Program-made: the position numbers and the translations under genes | The notes under the pieces: model-generated | Databases searched by the model: none | What the model saw: the letters and a program-made list of their open reading frames with translations, nothing else | Told to the model about the DNA's origin: nothing | In this document: piece by piece, positions 50,089-62,699 of the stretch | Position numbering within the stretch: position 1 is the first letter of the stretch | How the letters are laid out: every line of letters starts with the position of its first letter | Assembly (NCBI GenBank): GCA_022605425.2 | Contig: CM061255.1 | Span: 372,001-436,000, forward strand | Origin: Hamiltosporidium tvaerminnensis FI-OER-3-3 | Taxonomy: Eukaryota; Fungi; Microsporidia | Length of the DNA: 64,000 nucleotides | Reading direction: 5' to 3'

Positions 50089-52736
50089 TGTCAGTGAATT
50101 CAAACAGGATTTGGAATTAAATAAAGTAATTTGTCCTATAAACAGTTAGCAAACTAATTGAAAAGCTTTTTCTTTGTAGAAAAAAAAACTATAAAATTTA
50201 TTTAAAACTAGATATAAAGTAGTTTTTTTTATAAATTTAATTTGAGTTCGAAATATTAATTTACAATATTTTTAATATAAACGTACAATTAAGAATGCGT
50301 AATAAAGGTATTACAGTTTATTTAGTTTTTTTCACAATACACAATTCACGATTTTTTTAATATAAATGTGTAAATGTAGTACCTAAATAAAATATTTCCA
50401 TACATTTTTAATAGTTTATGATTACTTCTTGGACTCAAAATTATTTGAACTTACAATGCGAAATTATAAATATTTCAATTGAGTCATATAATTTGCAGTA
50501 GAAAAGTATTTTTTTGATTTAATAACATAATAGATTGCTCATTAAATTGGAATCATAACTCGACTATTTTACTAAAATGTGTTTAAAAATTATGTTTGTG
50601 CATTGATTCGAATAATAGTAATTTTATGAGTGAATAACTTTAGAATTAAGGTTTAATTCGTTAAAGTAAATATATAATACTTTAGTTGTTTGAAATAATT
50701 TTTTTGCTGATGTAATAAACATAAATCTTAGTTTTGAATAGTCGCAATATGATTTTGATTTCTTTCTTTAATTCGTGTCTATGCTTTAATTTTGCCTTTT
50801 TGGTCAAACTAAAAAGAGTAAAATTTAAGAATCCTTCCGTAAAATATTTTTGTCGCGTGTGTAGACACGAAGTCGAAATCTAAACTGCATGTAAAACACA
50901 ACTTCATATGCCCAATGCAATTAATTTATTTTTCAATCCATTATCTGCGTTTGATTTTGACTTCAATGCAGTCGTCAATCAAAAAAGATTTAATTTTTAT
51001 TTTTTTCACTAAAGATGGTACACATATTTTCATTCATATTGGTATTTAGTGTTTGTTAAAACATATATAATTAAATCCAATCATAGTATCGTTTATGATT
51101 TGAACACAAAGAATTATCTTAAGAATACATCTAAAAATAGTTAAGATTGCTAATGGAATGATTTAAATAACGATTTTGGTAAAATTAAACTCTTAAACAA
51201 TAATTAGTATTTTAACGCATTGAAAAAATGAAAAAGACATACTGTATGTTTCTATAACTACTATGAAGTCAAATGCAAATATAAATAATAATCAGATTTG
51301 ATTAATTTCTACATTCTTTGTTTTAAAAAACCATAAAAACCATCATAAATGATCATTTATAAACCATTAGTTGATATTATATGTAGTAATAAGATGACTA
51401 AAACTATATTTATTAAATTATACTTAAGCGATTTATATATTTACTTAGAAAGCATTAACTTATAATAATTACAAATACAACAAAAATCGGATTAAAAATA
51501 TAAAAAAATTACCAACAAATCAAGACTAATTCGATCTAACAGATAAATAAACATATACATACCACCTTGTTTAGTGCTACATTGGATTTCAATTATTATT
51601 AATTCATTATATAGTAATATCTCACATTTAATATTTCTTTAAATTATTTTCTTACTCAATTTTTCACTAAATTTTCATTAAAATTTCTATTATTGTTAAA
51701 AATAAAAAATTACTTTAAAATAATCGATTTTATTCCTCTTTATGATTAAATATTTCTTAATTCCATTCCTCATTATATTTAAAATTATAATTATCAATTT
51801 TAGTTTCCGAATTTAATTTCTTAAGTATATTTTTTAATCTACAATTTTAATATGTTTTCTAAATTGTATTTTTATAGTATATTTTTTAATTAAAATTCTT
51901 TATTGATAAAAATATCGATAGTATCAAATTGAATTTACAAATAATTATTCTTATATCATTATTTCTATAAATAGACAACAAGATATTAATAAGAATAATA
52001 AAGCGAAATAACTTTTAATGAATCATTATAAAATATTTGCAAAGTATAAATAATTCTTAAATTTTTAGATTAAGAAAATAATTGTATATTTGCCAAGCCA
52101 ATATACAGTTTCATTGAAATAAATTTAATAAAACATAAGGTGGATTTAAAATATATACCAACTTTTATCAAAGGATGTGAAATTTATAGAATAAAAAATA
52201 TGTTTTAATACCTTAAATATGTATTAAAGAATGTCTATTATTTATCAATGTAAATTTTATTGTTAATAAGCCTATTTTTTAGTACAAATTGAATGGTAAA
52301 ATAGGATATTTAAGGAGTAAATATTTAAAGAAATCAAATATTTATATTGAATTTAATTTAAGTAAAAGCTGGTATATGTGATTAGGAATGAAGGTGGTTA
52401 TTTAGGGACTATTATTTTTTTATGAATCATAAGAAATATAAATTTAGTGATTCAGAAGCTATTAATTACTACAATATTTTTTTTAAAAAAGATATGAGAA
52501 AGCCAGAAAATTATTGATTATACAAACTACTAATTAGAAAAACTAAGATTGTAAAAGAATTGTATTCCAAGAATTACAATCATCTTTCTTACAACCCAAT
52601 AATTAAAAAAACAAATATTTTATAAGATACATATTGCAAGAAGACAATCTATCTTTTATACAAGCAATGATTAGAAGAAAAAAAAATTTAAGATTAAATT
52701 ATAACAAAATATAAAGTACAATTTATTTTTGTATTT

Positions 52737-53105
52737 TTATATTTTAAAATTGTCGTAAAATGTTTTTTGTGAATTTATGAGGTCGTTATTGTCTTTATTA
52801 TTATGAGTAGAGTCTTCATTTTTTAAATTTGAAGTTTTTTGAATTTCTTGTGAAGAATTGTCATAAAAACCATATAAATACTTATTTACGGGTGTCATTT
52901 GTTGAACATTTTCTTTTTTAAAAATCATATAATCGTATATTTTATTACTGCTAGGTACTTTTATTCTTGCCTCGCGATCTTCAGTTCCAAAGTTTTTAAC
53001 ATTTAAAAGCGTAATCATTTTATCGTCTGACTCGTTTAGTGTCCCTACATATCTTATATTCGAGGCAGATATAATTTCTACGCATGTGTTCTTCTTTATG
53101 ATCAT
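52737..53105 (-). CDS. SCD6: Scd6/Lsm14-like protein (Lsm domain, minimal)
   Basis: IISASNIRYVGTL...LLNVKNFGTEDR...IYDYMIF matches the Lsm14 N-domain; C-terminal FYDNF resembles the FFD box; CCCC before the ATG. Confidence 0.8.
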   Translation of the reverse strand: MIIKKNTCVEIISASNIRYVGTLNESDDKMITLLNVKNFGTEDREARIKVPSSNKIYDYMIFKKENVQQMTPVNKYLYGFYDNSSQEIQKTSNLKNEDSTHNNKDNNDLINSQKTFYDNFKI

Positions 53106-54094
53106 ATGGGGTATGTATTTGTGTATTATTTAAATTTTGTTTTTTTTATTTCTTTTGTTTTTTGTTTGTTCCAAGTGTACATCAATGGTTGATTTTCTTC
53201 TATTTTTGATCAAAAATATGTTTTAATTTTTTGTATTGTTAACCATTAGAATTAAGAGATTTAATTTACATTCGAGTGTCAAATGAACTATAATTTGTTG
53301 TGACTTATAAAGTAACAAAAAATTTATTGTTTTTAAAAAAGAAACAAAAAATTGATGTTTTATATCATTTAGTATCATCAAATATTCTAGATTTAATTTT
53401 TTATATATATTTGATTTTAACTGTCAAATTTACAATAATCTAAATTTTGCATAAAATAAAATATTGCAATATCTTCTGATAATTTAATTTAGATGCATAA
53501 ACGAATTAATAATATAACTAAAGTTTATTGGCTTTTATTACAAAAGTATAATTTAAAATAATATAATATTAAACACTCCAATTTTTATAAATAATATGTA
53601 TAATTTACGTTCAAATAAAAAAATTGTAATTTTCTTACCTATTAAATTTGAACCAAAAGGCAAGTACTTGGTTTATTAAATCCAAACTAATTTAATAAGC
53701 CATTATACAGTTTATAAATCAAAAACAAAATAATATGAAATACCTAACAATATATTTGCATTTAATAACTCATTAGAAAATTTATAAATTAAAACCAAGT
53801 ATTTAAAATCCTTAATCTCAGATTTTTTTTAATATATTTTTCTAGAAATTTCTTTTTTGATTAACAATTTAATTTCTCTTTTTTCTAATTAAAATTGCAA
53901 ATTTATCTAGAAATTCTAATTGGTTTACACTATTAAATAACCACTAAAAATATAAATTTTCATTGAGTTTTGCTACACAATTTTACCCTTTTAAGTCCTA
54001 AAATTATATACATATAGACACATATGCTCATACATTTATCATCTTAAATTCCACATAACTATTTACTTAAAATATTTAATCTTAACTTCCACAC

Positions 54095-54824
54095 AGTGGA
54101 TGGAGGATAACCACATAAAAACTTTCTGCTTGGCAATGAGTGTGTGAAACTGGAGTGAGGTCATTGTTTGGATTTTTGGTGGGAATACAACCACACTAAA
54201 TCTTCGGTTGTTCTTTGGGAGTTGTTATGCGGAGAAGAGGTCTAAGAAATGGAGAAACCTTGTCTACAAATTTATTTGAAGTCTTTTATGTAACCAGATT
54301 GCCGACTGCAGCTAAACATGTAGGTAATTTCCATGTAAAAGCATAGAAACCTAGTCTTGCTAACTCGGGTTAGAAGACTTAGCGCCTGGGAGATATATAA
54401 ATAAAAACCATTAAAAGCCGAGAGAGCTAAGTAGCAGGTTATACCTGTTGGTATGGCATTGCGCTGGCTAGGTGGACCCGCTGTAAATCTCTGAAATATA
54501 TCTTAGCTAGAAGTTTATTGGGTTCGGAAAGTGTAGAGTAAGTGGGAATGCTGCATATTCTTGGGGGAGCCCAGGAGGGGGCTTCGGCCTTCGATCACAT
54601 TCCATGCAACGGACATTAAAGAAAATAGTGCAACTGCCTCGCCTATTAATTAGGTTCTACACACCTGGTTAATGAAAAGCTTTGGGACGTAGGTATCGCA
54701 GGGTTTACCGATGGAGTGTTGGGGTAGCAGTTATTTATGTTGAACCTAGAACAGCGTTAATGACAGAAAACAAATATAAAACTTGCCACTGTTTTAAAAA
54801 ATATGTGATACTTTTAAATAAAGT
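54095..54824 (+). mobile_element. 730-nt retroposon family, copy J
   Basis: Full length. TSD CT(T/C)AACTTCCACA at 54081-54093 and 54827-54839. Confidence 0.93.
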
Positions 54825-54984
54825 CCCTCAACTTCCACATAATTTTTTACTCAAAATATTTTATCTCAATAATTCTTTCCTTCAACATAAAAATATAAAA
54901 TAAAAAACTACAAAATTTTTTGCTTAAAAATTATATTTCCTCAATTAAGATAACCGTTGTTACTCTTCAAAATAAAAATATAAA

Positions 54985-56034
54985 ATGTTTGATCAAGATT
55001 TAAAAAAATATGAAGAAATTGAACGTAAACGAAGAATTTCTGTTAATAAAGAAATTGAAATATTATTATTTAAAAGGAAACAGACAAATATAAAGATAGA
55101 AGAAGAAATAAGAAATTTAAGTAAAGAAATAACTAATTATGCTGATAATAGTAATAATATTATAGATTATAATATAGATCAAAGAATAGAAGATGATAAT
55201 ATAGATTGTACGATAGATAATAAATATATCAAAGACATTTCTATTGCACCAGAACAAAATACAATCCTTGCTACAAACATCAATACTACAGATACTTCTA
55301 TTACTAATATTCCTACTACAAACACTACTACTATTTCTAATATCACTAATATTCCTTTTACTGATGAGTTGGTAAGAAAATTAATTTTAACTGAAAAATA
55401 CAAAGAAATAGAAGAAAAAATAAAAAATGAAAAATCAAAAACAAACAAAAATATTTACATCAACTTAAAAATAAATATAAACAAAAGACTATCACAAGTA
55501 AGCCAATCAAAAGATCACACAATAAAAATATACAAATCCCTATCACAAATAACCTATCCATACCTTTTTATAGAATGTTTTGTTCTAAAACTACTGGAAC
55601 AAGGCAAATTACAAGTTTCTATTCATTTTCTTTCTTATCAATCGTATTCCTTACTTTTGTCTCTTTTTTTAAATAATTCTTTATTTGGTAACGAATTACT
55701 CGAATATTTTAGAGTAATTTTGTTTACACAAGAGAGTACCAAATCATCTTTAAAAGGAATGTATTCTATATATTTTGGTGTAATACATTTAAACAAAATG
55801 TATCAAGAAGCTTGGTTCTTTATTGCTAGTTTGTTAAATATTATACCTTCTGAACCTTCTTTATACGTTTTAGAATCTTTCCTTATCATCCTTGGAGAAG
55901 ATCTTTTTAAAATGTATAAATATAGTTTTATTACCATGCTTAAGTATGTTAAAGAAGAATATCTCACACGTATTACTAATGATGCCCTTAAGACGAGAAT
56001 AGAGACATGTATAAGAAATATAATTAAGGAGTAG
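54985..56034 (+). CDS. Gle1-like mRNA export factor
   Basis: N-terminal coiled coil; helical C-domain with KLLEQG, AWFFIASLLN..P and FL...G..LFKMY...F, resembling the Gle1 C-terminal domain. Confidence 0.65.
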   Translation: MFDQDLKKYEEIERKRRISVNKEIEILLFKRKQTNIKIEEEIRNLSKEITNYADNSNNIIDYNIDQRIEDDNIDCTIDNKYIKDISIAPEQNTILATNINTTDTSITNIPTTNTTTISNITNIPFTDELVRKLILTEKYKEIEEKIKNEKSKTNKNIYINLKININKRLSQVSQSKDHTIKIYKSLSQITYPYLFIECFVLKLLEQGKLQVSIHFLSYQSYSLLLSLFLNNSLFGNELLEYFRVILFTQESTKSSLKGMYSIYFGVIHLNKMYQEAWFFIASLLNIIPSEPSLYVLESFLIILGEDLFKMYKYSFITMLKYVKEEYLTRITNDALKTRIETCIRNIIKE

Positions 56035-56327
56035 AAAGATTAGGGGGGATATTGTAGTAGAGATTAGAAGGATTAATAAGTTTTTTCTATTGAATAAGGT
56101 GTAATATAATAAGAGAATATATAAAAAGAAGTGTGTAAGTAAGAAATATAATAAAGAAAAGTAAGTAATAGAGAGAAGAAGTAAGTAATAAAATATAAGG
56201 AAGTAATAGAGAGAAGAAGTAAGTAATAAAATATAAGAAATTATTAAAATATAAGGAAGTATTTAATATAAATAAATATAAAAAACGTGTAAATTGAGCA
56301 TTAAATTTTATTCCACATTTTTACATT

Positions 56328-56777
56328 TTATATAAAATCTATTTTTCTAACACATTGGTATCTTTTATATTCAGGACTACCTTTTATTTCACAGTAAGCA
56401 TTCGGTGTTAAAATAATGATTTTTCTTTTTGGAGTTTCTATCTTTATAGAAGAATTAATAGTTTCGCTGTCAATAGATTTTTCCGATTTATAATTTATAT
56501 TGTTGTTATTATAATTATTGTTATTCGTTTTGTCTTCATTAATATTTTCTTTGTCTTCATTAATATTTTCTTTGCCTTCAGTACAGTTGTATTTATGGTT
56601 TTCTTCGTTATATTTCTCCTTGTTTGGTATGGTTTCGTAGGAAATATTTGTTTCTTTTACACTTAAAGGATGTCTTTTTCTTTTGGTTATGGATTTACGT
56701 TTGATAAGTATTTCTGTTGATTTCACTTTTTTCATTAAATTTTTAATACTCCAGTGGTTCTTTGGCTTGTTTTCCAT
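56328..56777 (-). CDS. Hypothetical basic protein
   Basis: 149-aa ATG-initiated ORF in very AT-rich DNA, convergent with the Gle1-like gene. It has TP/SP sites and a terminal RKIDF; no family recognised. Confidence 0.6.
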   Translation of the reverse strand: MENKPKNHWSIKNLMKKVKSTEILIKRKSITKRKRHPLSVKETNISYETIPNKEKYNEENHKYNCTEGKENINEDKENINEDKTNNNNYNNNNINYKSEKSIDSETINSSIKIETPKRKIIILTPNAYCEIKGSPEYKRYQCVRKIDFI

Positions 56778-57111
56778 TGCGTGTGTATTTTTGGAATTAT
56801 TTTATTTATAAATTTTTATTTTTGGAGGGAAATTGTAGCTTGTTGGAGGGAAAATGTTGGATTTTTGGAGGGGAAATGTTAAGTGCTGGTTCTTTACATT
56901 CTAATTAAATGTATTTTTTTTTGGATAAAAATTTTTATATTTTTGAAGGGAAGTTTTATAATTGGCTAGGAAATACATGTTTTGGAATTCTATTTTATTT
57001 TCGGAGACAAAATGAAGGAAGTGACCATTTTAATGCTATATCCATGTGCCTGCGAGAATTCTAATTTCTAATTTTTAAAAAACAAATATTTTTAAATCTA
57101 AATTTTTGTAA

Positions 57112-57315
57112 GATCTACTGTCATACAAGATCTACTGTCATACTATATCTTCTGTCATACTATATCTCTTTCAGGATATATCTACTGTCCTACTATATCT
57201 ACTGTCATACTATATCTACTATCTTAATATATCTCTGTCATGATATATCTACGGTTATACTACATTTACTATCTTAATATATCTAGTGTCATAATATATC
57301 TATTGCCATAATATA
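57112..57315. repeat. Degenerate 17-18 bp repeat (ATCTACTGTCATACTAT-type)
   Basis: About 11 decaying units, read directly. Confidence 0.8.
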
Positions 57316-60300
57316 TTTATCTGTAAACTATGATATATATTTAACTATAAAATATATAACGTAGTATTTAAAAATCAAGGTAGTAATATAAATTACAATA
57401 ATGGTTGAAATAAATTAATCATAATCAGTTGAATAATATTCTTATTTTAGGAGATAGATAATACACTAAAAAATTTTAAATTACTTTCAGATATATTTAT
57501 GACGAGTAAATATTTAAATGAAGAAGGAAATGAGCGGTTTGAAGAAATGTACCGGTGCTATTTTTTGTTAAGTTATAGCAGCTCATCGTTAGAGATTCAA
57601 GGCAGTAAAAATTATTGATGTAAATAAAGAGCAAAAAAATAAATATATTTGCAAGGTTTTTTTAATATAAAATGTATTTAATATTCAATTTTCTGTCTAA
57701 GATAGATAGTTATTCAAATTTAAATACATTTAACTTATTTTTACATGACAGAGATGATTTTGAAAACAAGAAAGGTAAATTATGGTTAAGTATTAGAACA
57801 ATAATTAAATTACTTTTTAGTTTTGAATTATACGATGTAATTTGTCATCAATAAATTTATAAATATTTATATCTTGTAAATCTAAACGATAAAATCTTTT
57901 TGTATAAAACATTCTGCTTTCTAATACGTATTAAGATATGATTTATGCTTAAAGAATATAATATGTGCTTTGTTTAATTAACTAACAAAATATTTGTATC
58001 AATGATATTGTAAACTTCATTAGAAGAAAGAATAATTTACTATCATATATTAAAGATAAGGCATAAGCTGATGGAGTAAAAATTCCAATAAAAACATAGG
58101 TTTTTTGAAGTTAAATTTTACAAAAAAAATATCTAAATATGATTCCTGCTACAGACGAATTGCTCGATTTCAAATATGTAAGTGGGAATATTATTATTAC
58201 ATCAAAATCATCTAAATACTGATGAAGGCTATAAAACCCAGCAAAAATACATTCATATGTTGTGAGTAATCGAAGCAAAAAGGATCATTATCTATTCAAT
58301 AAATTAAAATAAAATAAAATGAAACAAGCAGCAATATTTATATTTGTAAGAGCGTATATGATAAACATTCCATATATATTTAATGAAATGACCACAAAAA
58401 ATGGCTTTTTGATTAAATTGTTTTTTATTTAAACTTTATTTATTAAAACTAAAAAACGAGCAAATAAAAAATAAAACACAAAAGTTAAAGTTTAAAAATT
58501 TAATATTTCCGATCGGCTCGTGCTGTCATCGTTTTTATACTATTTATCTGTTCCCCATTTAATGAGATATTTATTGAATAATAATACGCTGAATTAGTAA
58601 TGAAGTTGGTTTGAACTTTATTGTTTATTCATTATGCCAAATATTGCAGAAATATAGATATTCTCATATTAAAATATTAGAAGGAACAAAAAAACTCTAT
58701 GGAATCAGCTTTGAGATTCAAACAGTTTAATTTATTGAAATATTTTTTATTTTAAAAACAGTGTCATTTTTCAGCGGATCCCGGATTTGGAATATCCCGA
58801 AAATTAATTGTAAAACTAAATCCAAACACCCACAATATACGTTTTATGAATAATCGAATTAACTCTCATATGGTATAGAAACCTATCAATTAAAATTATA
58901 TGCTTATATTTAAATATTTTTTATGTGCTAAATACCTCGTAATTACATTTTTTTACCTAAATTTACAATTCCAATTTCTTATATTTTTGCAATTTTTTTT
59001 AATTTAGACGACCACAGCATTGTATTATTTTTTAATACGCTGTATTTTATTAGAATTTAAAATAAAAGGCGGTAAACGTTTTTACATTGTCGAACTTTTT
59101 TTGAACCTTAAAATAATCAAAATTGTTTAAAAAAACGGAATCTTTCAAGGTAAAAATGTTTTTAAATTTTTTAGGTACGCAAATAAAGTTTGAATGATAA
59201 AATCACGATGTGATAACAATATAGAATAAAGTAATGAACAGAGTGATTCTAAAATGAAAATATTTATCAACTCGATTTATTTGAAAAGTTAATGTTTACG
59301 CAACCGATTTTATATCAAACCATACAATGAATTTATTAAGAAACTACATAGCAAATATTTTTTCCTTATTAAACATAGTTATATGTCTGTATTTAAAGTG
59401 CTTTAGATATATCGTTCAATATCATTCACCTCTATCTCATGTTGTTACTAACTAAGAATAAAAATATAATTTTTCGCATTTTAAAAATACTTCGGTATAT
59501 CATATCCATCTTTGTTCAATGGTGGATTTTTTTATTTATATTAAACCAAACTGTTTTAGCACATAATTCTTAACATCAAACTGTCTAAAAATACAGTCTA
59601 TTATCAGCCCAGATTTGTATCAGGCAGTTTTAGTACATAATTGAAAATATTTATAATAAAATTTAGTGAACAAATTTGAATTATTAGGTGAATTTTTAAT
59701 ATTTCATGATTTGAGAATCAAAAAGCAAATATAATTTGGTTTCAATCCTAAGATTTATTCAGATGTAAAAACAATTCAAATCTAGATAGAAATTAACAAA
59801 TATTTTATTAAATATCTTAACATAATTATTACACTGGAATAAAAATTTGGAGGTGTTTTACATGCAATTATTGTTGCGAAAATACTTTCAAAAATGTCTT
59901 GACATCCAAAAAATATTTAAGTAGAATTCAATGCTTAAAAAATTTCAATATCTTGTAATTAATTTAAAAGATAAATTTCAAAAAAAATTGATTTTTGATC
60001 TAACAGTGATAGATAGAACCAAGATAGACCAAAGATATAAAGTTACGTAAATATATCGAAGAATTATAAGGAAGATAAAAACTCTGACAAATTATGTCCT
60101 TAAGTACCAAGAAGAAATTGAATAATAATTTTAACTGCAGCAAAAATGTGAAACTTTTACTTTAAAACTTAGCAAAAAATTAAAATTGCAAAATATTTTT
60201 TTTTAGTAAAATCTAAAATTTTCTTGAATCTGATTTAAACCTTAAGAACAAAAAAGAAATTTATATATATGTTAAAAAATAAAAAAAATATACAATTAAA

Positions 60301-60471
60301 AAAAGGAATATTTTAAAGAATATAAAAAATTTTAATTCGAACAAATATTTTTCAATTATTTCTATATAAAGAAATATAATTTATCAAATATAAACATTCG
60401 TATTCTCTTTAGAACTTTTACAATTTTCAATTATATTTTTTAAAAAAAGCGAATTCTGATAAATTGACCCC

Positions 60472-62238
60472 ATGAAAATGACAAAACGAATATATTTTGT
60501 ATATTTTTCACTTTTCATGTTTTATGGTTTGATTGCATTTTGTTCAAGTGAAAGGCCAGTTGGTTGCAAGAAAAGATCAGAGGAAGACGATTCAAAGAAT
60601 ATATCACATCGAACAGTCAAAGGCAAGGAATATATTACCACGGGCCCTGTGAACCGAGACTATATGGATCAAAAAAATGAAACTTCGGAACTTACACCTA
60701 AAATAAGTAATACTAAATTAGATGAAAACAATGGGGCTTCGTCTGATGCATCAAAAAATCATATTCATACAGCAAAAACTTCTAAAACCTTTCCCATATT
60801 TAAAACGCGAATATTTTATAATACTAAATATTCTGATAGATATTCTTCACAGATGATACCTCACAGTACTACGGCATTTCTTAATACTACTAAACAAGAT
60901 GGTTTTGTTATAACTGCATCAAGATCTACAGATAAAACTATGAATTTATATGTACCAGAAAACAATAAATCCTTAACTTTAACTACAAATGAAACAAAAT
61001 ATAAAGAAAAAACAACAAAAACGCGTATTCCCAATTTTCAAGTTACAAATCGATATGAATTTTCACAAGTAAATCCAGTTTTAATTGGCGTGCATCAACA
61101 AAATATAATCACAAAATACACTTCGGACAGAACCTCTATATCTTCATATGATAGTTGGCAAAATAATTCAAATCCTCCCATAAATTCAACCGCGGTATCC
61201 TATCAAAACCTACCCCCGTATTATAATCGCCCATATATTCCTATAACACCAAAATACCCGCCTCCTCCACAATATATGATTACACCATCAAATATGAGTT
61301 TTTTTTCTTCTATGCCACCAAAATACCCGCCTCCTCCACAATATATGATTACACCATCAAATATGAGTTTGTTTTCTTCTATGCCACCAGGATGCCCGCC
61401 TCCTCCACAATATATGATTACACCATCAAATATGAGTTTGTTTTCTTCTATGCCACCAGGATGCCCGCCTCCTCCACAATATATGATTACACCATCAAAT
61501 ATGAGTTTGTTTTCTTCTATGCCACCAGGATGCCCGCCTCCTCCACAATATATGATTACACCATCAAATATGAGTTTGTTTTCTTCTATGCCACCAGGAT
61601 GCCCGCCTCCTCCACAAAAAATGATTACATCATCAAATATGAGTTTGTTTTCTTCCATGCCACCAGGATGCCCGCCTCCTCCACAATATATGATTACACC
61701 ATCAAATATGAGTTTGTTTTCTTCTATGCCACCAGGATGCCCGCCTCCTCCACAAAACATGATTACATCATCAAATATGAGTTTGTTTTCTTCCATGCCA
61801 CCAGGATGCCCGCCTCCTCCACAAAACATGATTACATCATCAAATATGAGTTTGTTTTCTTCTATGCCACCAGGATGCCCGCCTCCTCCACAAAACATGA
61901 TTACATCATCAAATATGAGTTTGTTTTCTTCTATGCCACCAGGATGCCCGCCTCCTCCACAAAACATGATTACATCATCAAATATGAGTTTGTTTTCTTC
62001 TATGCCACCAGGATGCCCGCCTCCTCCACAATATATGATTACACCATCAAATATGAGTTTGTTTTCTTCTATGCCACCAGGATGCCCGCCTCCTCCACAA
62101 TATATGATTACACCATCAAATATGAGTTTGTTTTCTTCTATGCCACCAGAATGCCAGCTTACTCAACAAAATATGATTCCATCCTTAGCTGTTAGTTCAA
62201 ATCCTTCTATACCTCTAAGATATCCTAATTATTATTAA
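60472..62238 (+). CDS. Putative secreted Pro/Ser/Met/Cys-rich tandem-repeat protein
   Basis: GACCCC-ATG; hydrophobic N-terminus IYFVYFSLFMFYGLIAFCSS; 13 near-perfect 23-aa repeats MPPGCPPPPQYMITPSNMSLFSS. Confidence 0.85.
   Translation: MKMTKRIYFVYFSLFMFYGLIAFCSSERPVGCKKRSEEDDSKNISHRTVKGKEYITTGPVNRDYMDQKNETSELTPKISNTKLDENNGASSDASKNHIHTAKTSKTFPIFKTRIFYNTKYSDRYSSQMIPHSTTAFLNTTKQDGFVITASRSTDKTMNLYVPENNKSLTLTTNETKYKEKTTKTRIPNFQVTNRYEFSQVNPVLIGVHQQNIITKYTSDRTSISSYDSWQNNSNPPINSTAVSYQNLPPYYNRPYIPITPKYPPPPQYMITPSNMSFFSSMPPKYPPPPQYMITPSNMSLFSSMPPGCPPPPQYMITPSNMSLFSSMPPGCPPPPQYMITPSNMSLFSSMPPGCPPPPQYMITPSNMSLFSSMPPGCPPPPQKMITSSNMSLFSSMPPGCPPPPQYMITPSNMSLFSSMPPGCPPPPQNMITSSNMSLFSSMPPGCPPPPQNMITSSNMSLFSSMPPGCPPPPQNMITSSNMSLFSSMPPGCPPPPQNMITSSNMSLFSSMPPGCPPPPQYMITPSNMSLFSSMPPGCPPPPQYMITPSNMSLFSSMPPECQLTQQNMIPSLAVSSNPSIPLRYPNYY
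61243..62150 (+). repeat. Coding 69-bp tandem array, ~13 copies
   Basis: Read directly; variant units (QY/QK/QN, TP/TS) occur in blocks. Confidence 0.97.
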
Positions 62239-62699
62239 AGTCAAAACCTTCAATTTATTTTAAACCCACCGTTGTCTCAACTGCCACCTATCTATTCTGA
62301 TCCTCAACAAAATATTATTCCACCATTATATATTAATGAATTTAATCCTATGCCACCGAAATATCATAATCCCCAAGTAAACAGGTGATTTATCAAATAT
62401 TCTCACCGATGGTAGTAACATAGCTCCAATCTATTCAAACCCCTGAAAAAATGATTTTTAATGTGTGATGAATCCCTATGTTCCGTGTACCATCCATTAT
62501 TGTCATAAAGATCTCCTTAACTTATTTTATCTTCTTTCATACTCAAAATCTCTTTTAACCCTAAAAGTTTTGAAAAATAGAGAGATATTTGTTCCACTTT
62601 AATAAAATCCAAAGTATAATATTTTATTTTTTTTTCTTATATTTTTAGAGTTTAATGTCTTTTAATCTTAAGAATATTAAAAATCTAGATAATCTAATG

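Noticed and set aside
44457-56034. Functional cluster of mRNA-metabolism genes (eIF4A, Scd6, Gle1)
   Set aside because: Three genes spread over 11 kb and separated by repeats. Such genes are a large share of a reduced proteome, so chance adjacency is likely.
61221-62195. Antisense Gly-rich ORF (61221-61967) and alternative-frame ORF (61392-62195)
   Set aside because: By-products of a stop-free 69-bp unit; they are confined to the array.
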